Shown here: positions 60,495 to 64,000 of the stretch, in pieces
Layout: every line of letters begins with the position of its first letter
How positions within the stretch are numbered: the stretch's first letter is position 1
Assembly: GCA_963755125.1 (NCBI GenBank)
Contig: CAVWIP010000017.1
Location: 96,001-160,000, forward strand
Length of the DNA stretch: 64,000 nucleotides
Source: an uncultured delta proteobacterium
Lineage (GTDB): Bacteria; Myxococcota_A; Polyangia; Fen-1088
Direction: 5' to 3'
Notes under the pieces: model-generated
Database searches by the model: none
What the model was told of the DNA's origin: nothing
The model's input: only the letters and a program-made list of their open reading frames with translations
Position numbers and translations under genes: made by a program

Positions 60495-61208
60495 ATGCCA
60501 ACCCGCGTTCTCTTGATCGATGACGATGCTCGCCTGGTCGAGATGTTGGGCGGAGACTTGCGTGGGCACGGGTACATTGTGGACTGCTGCGGCGACGGGG
60601 AAACCGGAGTGCAGGCCCAGCGGCGCAACGGGTACGACGCCATCATTCTCGACGTGATGCTGCCGGGAATCGACGGACTGGAAGTGTGCCGCAGGATGCG
60701 CGCCTTTTCCGAGGTTCCCATCGTGATGCTCAGCGGGCGGGGAGACGACATGGACCGTATCGTGGGCATTGAGGTCGGCGCAGACGACTACATCCCGAAG
60801 CCGTTCAACCCGCGGGAGTTGCTGGCGCGCCTTGCCGCGGTCTTGCGTCGCACGCGCCGGGGAGAGCGCGAGGTGGCCGAGCGGCTGTGCCTGGGGCCGC
60901 TGGAGATCGACCGCGCGACACGCGAGGTCCGGGTGCGGGGCGAGCGGCGCGAGTTGACCGGCCGGCAGTTCGACCTGCTGGTTCTGCTGGCGGAGCGGGC
61001 AGGACGGGTGCAGACACGCGACCAACTCATGGACGCGCTCAAGGGCGAGGAATGGGACAATCGGGATCGGAGCCTTGATGTGCATATCTTTCGCATCCGT
61101 CAGGCGATCGAAGAAGACCCCCGACATCCTCGTCTGGTGCAGACGGTGCGAGGCGTGGGCTACGTCTTGGCCTCCACGCCCGGAGGAGCCGGAACGCACG
61201 AGCTATGA
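60495..61208 (+). CDS. OmpR-family response regulator (orphan)
   Basis: LIDDD, ILDVMLP, GADDYIPKPF; winged helix RSLDVHIFRIR...TVRGVGY. Confidence 0.93.
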   Translation: MPTRVLLIDDDARLVEMLGGDLRGHGYIVDCCGDGETGVQAQRRNGYDAIILDVMLPGIDGLEVCRRMRAFSEVPIVMLSGRGDDMDRIVGIEVGADDYIPKPFNPRELLARLAAVLRRTRRGEREVAERLCLGPLEIDRATREVRVRGERRELTGRQFDLLVLLAERAGRVQTRDQLMDALKGEEWDNRDRSLDVHIFRIRQAIEEDPRHPRLVQTVRGVGYVLASTPGGAGTHEL

Positions 61209-61625
61209 ACCCTTTGCAGCTACGAGCCAAGACATTCTGGAGTTCTGGGTACGCCGTGAAAAGCGGCGTGTTCCCCGAGAAAGAGAGGAGATCCACCATG
61301 TGAACGTAGACGATCGCCCCGAGCTGACCTTTTCAGACACGCTCTGAGAAGAACCTGGGAACCAACCTGGAGCGGGGCACGCTGGCTATCAGGAAGGTCA
61401 ACCCGGGCCCGTGGGACACGCCCTTGATGACGTCGTTCTCACCTGTAACCACGGCGCAACCAACGGTACCGTTTTCGGTACCAAACCGGGGTCATCGCGG
61501 ATGATCAGTCCCTCGTCAAGCAGGGAGGCGCGCCAGGACGATCTTTTGCTGACCATCTTTTGCAGTTGACGAGGCAAGCCCCTAGCTCCGAACATAGGAC
61601 CCTCTTCAACCCGGTGAGGCAACAT

Positions 61626-62045
61626 ATGCATAGATACGCAACCTGTTTCTTGTTGTTAGCTAGCCTGTCCATTCCGGCGCTTGCACGCGCCGGGGAGGCC
61701 GATGATCTGCAGCGCATCATCGAAGACAACCGGCAGACGGCGAATGACCTCGAGCGCCTGGATGAGCAGAAGGCGGCCGGAACGGAACTGACCTTCCTGC
61801 GCACCTGGCTGGATCGAGCCTGGAACCTGCGTTCGCAGGAGAAATACGACGAGGTCCGTGTGATCACGGATCGCTGCAAGGCCCAGGCCGACATGATTCG
61901 CGAGAAAATCACGGCTGCCAAGCTTGGCGCTCAGGCCGCCCAGAAGGAAACCGAGGTGGCGCGCAAGCGCGCTACGCTCGATCGCACCAAGAAGGCACTG
62001 GAGGCCGCCAGGGTCCAGAAGATCCGTCTGGGGGGCAAGTCGTGA
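61626..62045 (+). CDS. Secreted coiled-coil protein
   Basis: GGTGAGG RBS; signal peptide; helical; overlaps the OmpA gene start. Confidence 0.7.
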   Translation: MHRYATCFLLLASLSIPALARAGEADDLQRIIEDNRQTANDLERLDEQKAAGTELTFLRTWLDRAWNLRSQEKYDEVRVITDRCKAQADMIREKITAAKLGAQAAQKETEVARKRATLDRTKKALEAARVQKIRLGGKS

Positions 62046-63250
62046 TTAACCTTCGCATTGGGAGTTTCGTCATGATCAACATTAGAAGAGGACTATCAAT
62101 TCTGCCGCTGGCGGCAATCCTTGTGCTGGGCGTGCTGTCCCAGGGTTGTGCGCTGAAGCCCAAGCCGAGCGAGTTGGAAGCCCTGGAGAAACTGCGGGCG
62201 AGCCCGTCGGCTGCGGCGGCTCTCAAGCTGAAGAATGCCGCGCCGCTGGTCAAGAGCTCCGATGAGCTGCTCACGCGATCACAGGCCAAGTGGAAGAGCA
62301 GCGACCTGGACGAGTCAACCGATGCGGCACTCATGGGACAGGCCAAGCTGAAGCATGCCATCGCGCTGGCTGACCAGGAGGCCGCCAAGGCTCGCATCGC
62401 CAAGGCCGAGGACGATCTGGATGACCTGGCCGAAGAGCAGGCGAAGGTGCAGAAGGACCTAGACGCGGTCAACGAGGCCATCGGTCTGCTCAACCAGACC
62501 GCCCAGGCCAAGGAAGAGCAAAAGGCAATGGAGGCGCAGATGGACGCCGACAGGAAGATGGCGGCTGACAAATCCGATACCGCCGACAAGATCAGCGCCG
62601 CCGAGTTGGCCCTCAAGACGGCCGATACGGTGCAGGCGTCCACCTACGCCAAGGCCGAGTACAGCGCCGCTTCCGACACCCTGGCGCGTGCGCAGGCGGA
62701 GCTGCAGCAGGGGAACTTCCGTGGCGCGCAGATGAGCGCGGACATTGCCCGCAAGAAGGCCGAGGATGCCACCGCGATCGCGCAGCCGATCTATGCCGAG
62801 AAGACCAAGGCCGATGACAACCGGGCGCGCGCCGATTCGCTGACCAGAGAGGCCAGCACCATCGCGGGCGTGGAGGTTCGTCGCGATGCGCGCGGTGTCT
62901 TGCAGCGGATCGTGCTCAGCATCCCGGCGGAGCAGCTCTTCACCAAAAAGCAGAGCGTGATTGCCCCGGGTAGGGAAGCCATGCTCGACCCGATCGCCAC
63001 CCTGATGAAGAAGAAGGAGTACATGAACTATCCCGTGCAGATCGTGGGTTTTGCCGACCCGCACGGAAGCTCGAGTTCACTGCTGGCGCTGACCCTGGCC
63101 CGGGCCCAGTCGGTGGCGACCGCGCTGATGTCACGCGGGGTGGACAGCAAGCGGGTCATGGCCACTGGCCAGGGCGGCGCCGAGCCGCTGGCCGGCGGCA
63201 AGGACCGCAACCGCAACAACCGCATCGAGATCATCTTCCTGTACCAGTAG
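62042..63250 (+). CDS. OmpA-like peptidoglycan-binding lipoprotein with coiled-coil/DUF4398-like region
   Basis: SQGC lipobox; IVGFAD...LTLARAQSV..AL...G.G...P...NNRIEII. Confidence 0.85.
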   Translation: MINLRIGSFVMINIRRGLSILPLAAILVLGVLSQGCALKPKPSELEALEKLRASPSAAAALKLKNAAPLVKSSDELLTRSQAKWKSSDLDESTDAALMGQAKLKHAIALADQEAAKARIAKAEDDLDDLAEEQAKVQKDLDAVNEAIGLLNQTAQAKEEQKAMEAQMDADRKMAADKSDTADKISAAELALKTADTVQASTYAKAEYSAASDTLARAQAELQQGNFRGAQMSADIARKKAEDATAIAQPIYAEKTKADDNRARADSLTREASTIAGVEVRRDARGVLQRIVLSIPAEQLFTKKQSVIAPGREAMLDPIATLMKKKEYMNYPVQIVGFADPHGSSSSLLALTLARAQSVATALMSRGVDSKRVMATGQGGAEPLAGGKDRNRNNRIEIIFLYQ

Positions 63251-63264
63251 TCGGCATGGAATGA

Positions 63265-63288
63265 CCGGGGCGGCTCCCCCCGCCCCGG
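63265..63288. terminator. GC-rich hairpin between convergent genes
   Basis: CCGGGGCGG-CTCCCC-CCGCCCCGG; no U-tract. Confidence 0.4.
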
Positions 63289-63344
63289 ATCACGACCCGG
63301 CGTCCGCAAGAACGTGAGGCCGGATCGGAGACGATCCTACAATT

Positions 63345-63875
63345 TCACTCGGATCCCCAGGCTTCGTGAGCGAAGTAGAGGCCCGCAAAGACCTTCGCTG
63401 CCAGCAGCGTGCCTTGCCTCTCGCGCTCGGTCAGCCAGGTGCGAGCGTCGCGCAGGGGCACCTCGTGCACGCGGATGTTCTCGGAGGGTGTGCCGCCGCC
63501 TTTGCCCATCTTGGTGAGATCGGAGGCCAAGATGAATCTGACCAGCTCGTTGGTCATTCCAGGGGAGGTGGCGCTGGTGGAAACCAGCTTCAGCGTCGCG
63601 GCCTGGTAGCCGGTCTCCTCCAGCAGTTCCCGCCGCGCGGCTTCGAGCAAATCTTCGTGTTCGTGTCCAGGTTCGTCGCCAACCAGCCCGGCAGGAAACT
63701 CGATCGCGTTGCGGCCGACCGGCACGCGGTGCTGCTCGACGAACAGAAGCCGTCGCTCGGCGGTGAGCGGCACGATGACCACCACCGCGCGTGCGTTGGC
63801 GCGCTCCACGAAGGTCCAGCCATCGTGGTCCACCAGGCGAAGAAAGGGGGTCTCGGCGAGTATTCGGTGAGCCAC
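63345..63875 (-). CDS. NUDIX hydrolase (ADP-ribose pyrophosphatase-like)
   Basis: EFPAGLV...AARRELLEETG Nudix box; SPG. Confidence 0.9.
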   Translation of the reverse strand: MAHRILAETPFLRLVDHDGWTFVERANARAVVVIVPLTAERRLLFVEQHRVPVGRNAIEFPAGLVGDEPGHEHEDLLEAARRELLEETGYQAATLKLVSTSATSPGMTNELVRFILASDLTKMGKGGGTPSENIRVHEVPLRDARTWLTERERQGTLLAAKVFAGLYFAHEAWGSE

Positions 63876-63883
63876 GCGGATTC

Positions 63884-64000
63884 CTACTTCCCCAGCTCTT
63901 CGTCGATCCAGTCACCGATGCTCTCGATGTCGTGGCGGCCGGCGTACTTGCGACCGTTGATGTAGATGGTGGGCGTTGAGTTGATCCCCAGGGCGGTGCC
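63884..64000 (-). CDS. DsbA/thioredoxin-fold protein, C-terminal end (partial)
   Basis: GTALGINSTPTIYINGRKY...WIDEELGK*. Confidence 0.75.
   Translation of the reverse strand, partial: GTALGINSTPTIYINGRKYAGRHDIESIGDWIDEELGK

Larger units (their letters stand above)
58807..61476 (+). repeat. 32-bp direct repeat (58807-58838 and 61445-61476, 30/32 identical) containing tandem GTAACCA arm-like sites
   Basis: GTAACCACGGCG(T/C)AACCAACGGTACCGTT(C/T)TC. Confidence 0.85.

Overview
GC-rich bacterial chromosome segment, most likely Myxococcota (Polyangia-like). This is inferred from the Ser/Thr kinases, a GltJ/AgmX-type zinc-ribbon/GYF/TonB-C protein, an Hsp70 paralog with a J-protein, and many Gly/Asp-linker lipoproteins. 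Positions 1-13720 are one end of a genomic island inserted at the 3' end of tRNA-Val(TAC). It carries a P4-like tyrosine integrase, AlpA, a TOPRIM/D5/SF3 primase-helicase, an unusual family A DNA polymerase, a short RadA-like ATPase operon, a GIY-YIG-like nuclease, a frameshifted type I restriction subunit and a YhcG/DUF1016 nuclease. The best novelty candidate is the polymerase. Its proofreading residues and its nucleotide-selecting residues (E710, R754, F762, Y766 equivalents) are substituted, while the polymerase catalytic Asp/Lys/Asp-Glu residues are kept. The rest is mostly host backbone: liv ABC transporter with paaK, accD-folC, glyA, radical SAM, YfhO, tRNA-His, OmpA and NUDIX. Three accessory patches interrupt it: a repeat-delimited toxin-antitoxin patch (22.3-25.1 kb), a head-to-head inverted duplication of four-helix-bundle genes (34.6-36.1 kb) and a decayed integrase islet beside tRNA-His (58.8-61.5 kb). 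All calls were made by eye from motifs; no searches were run.
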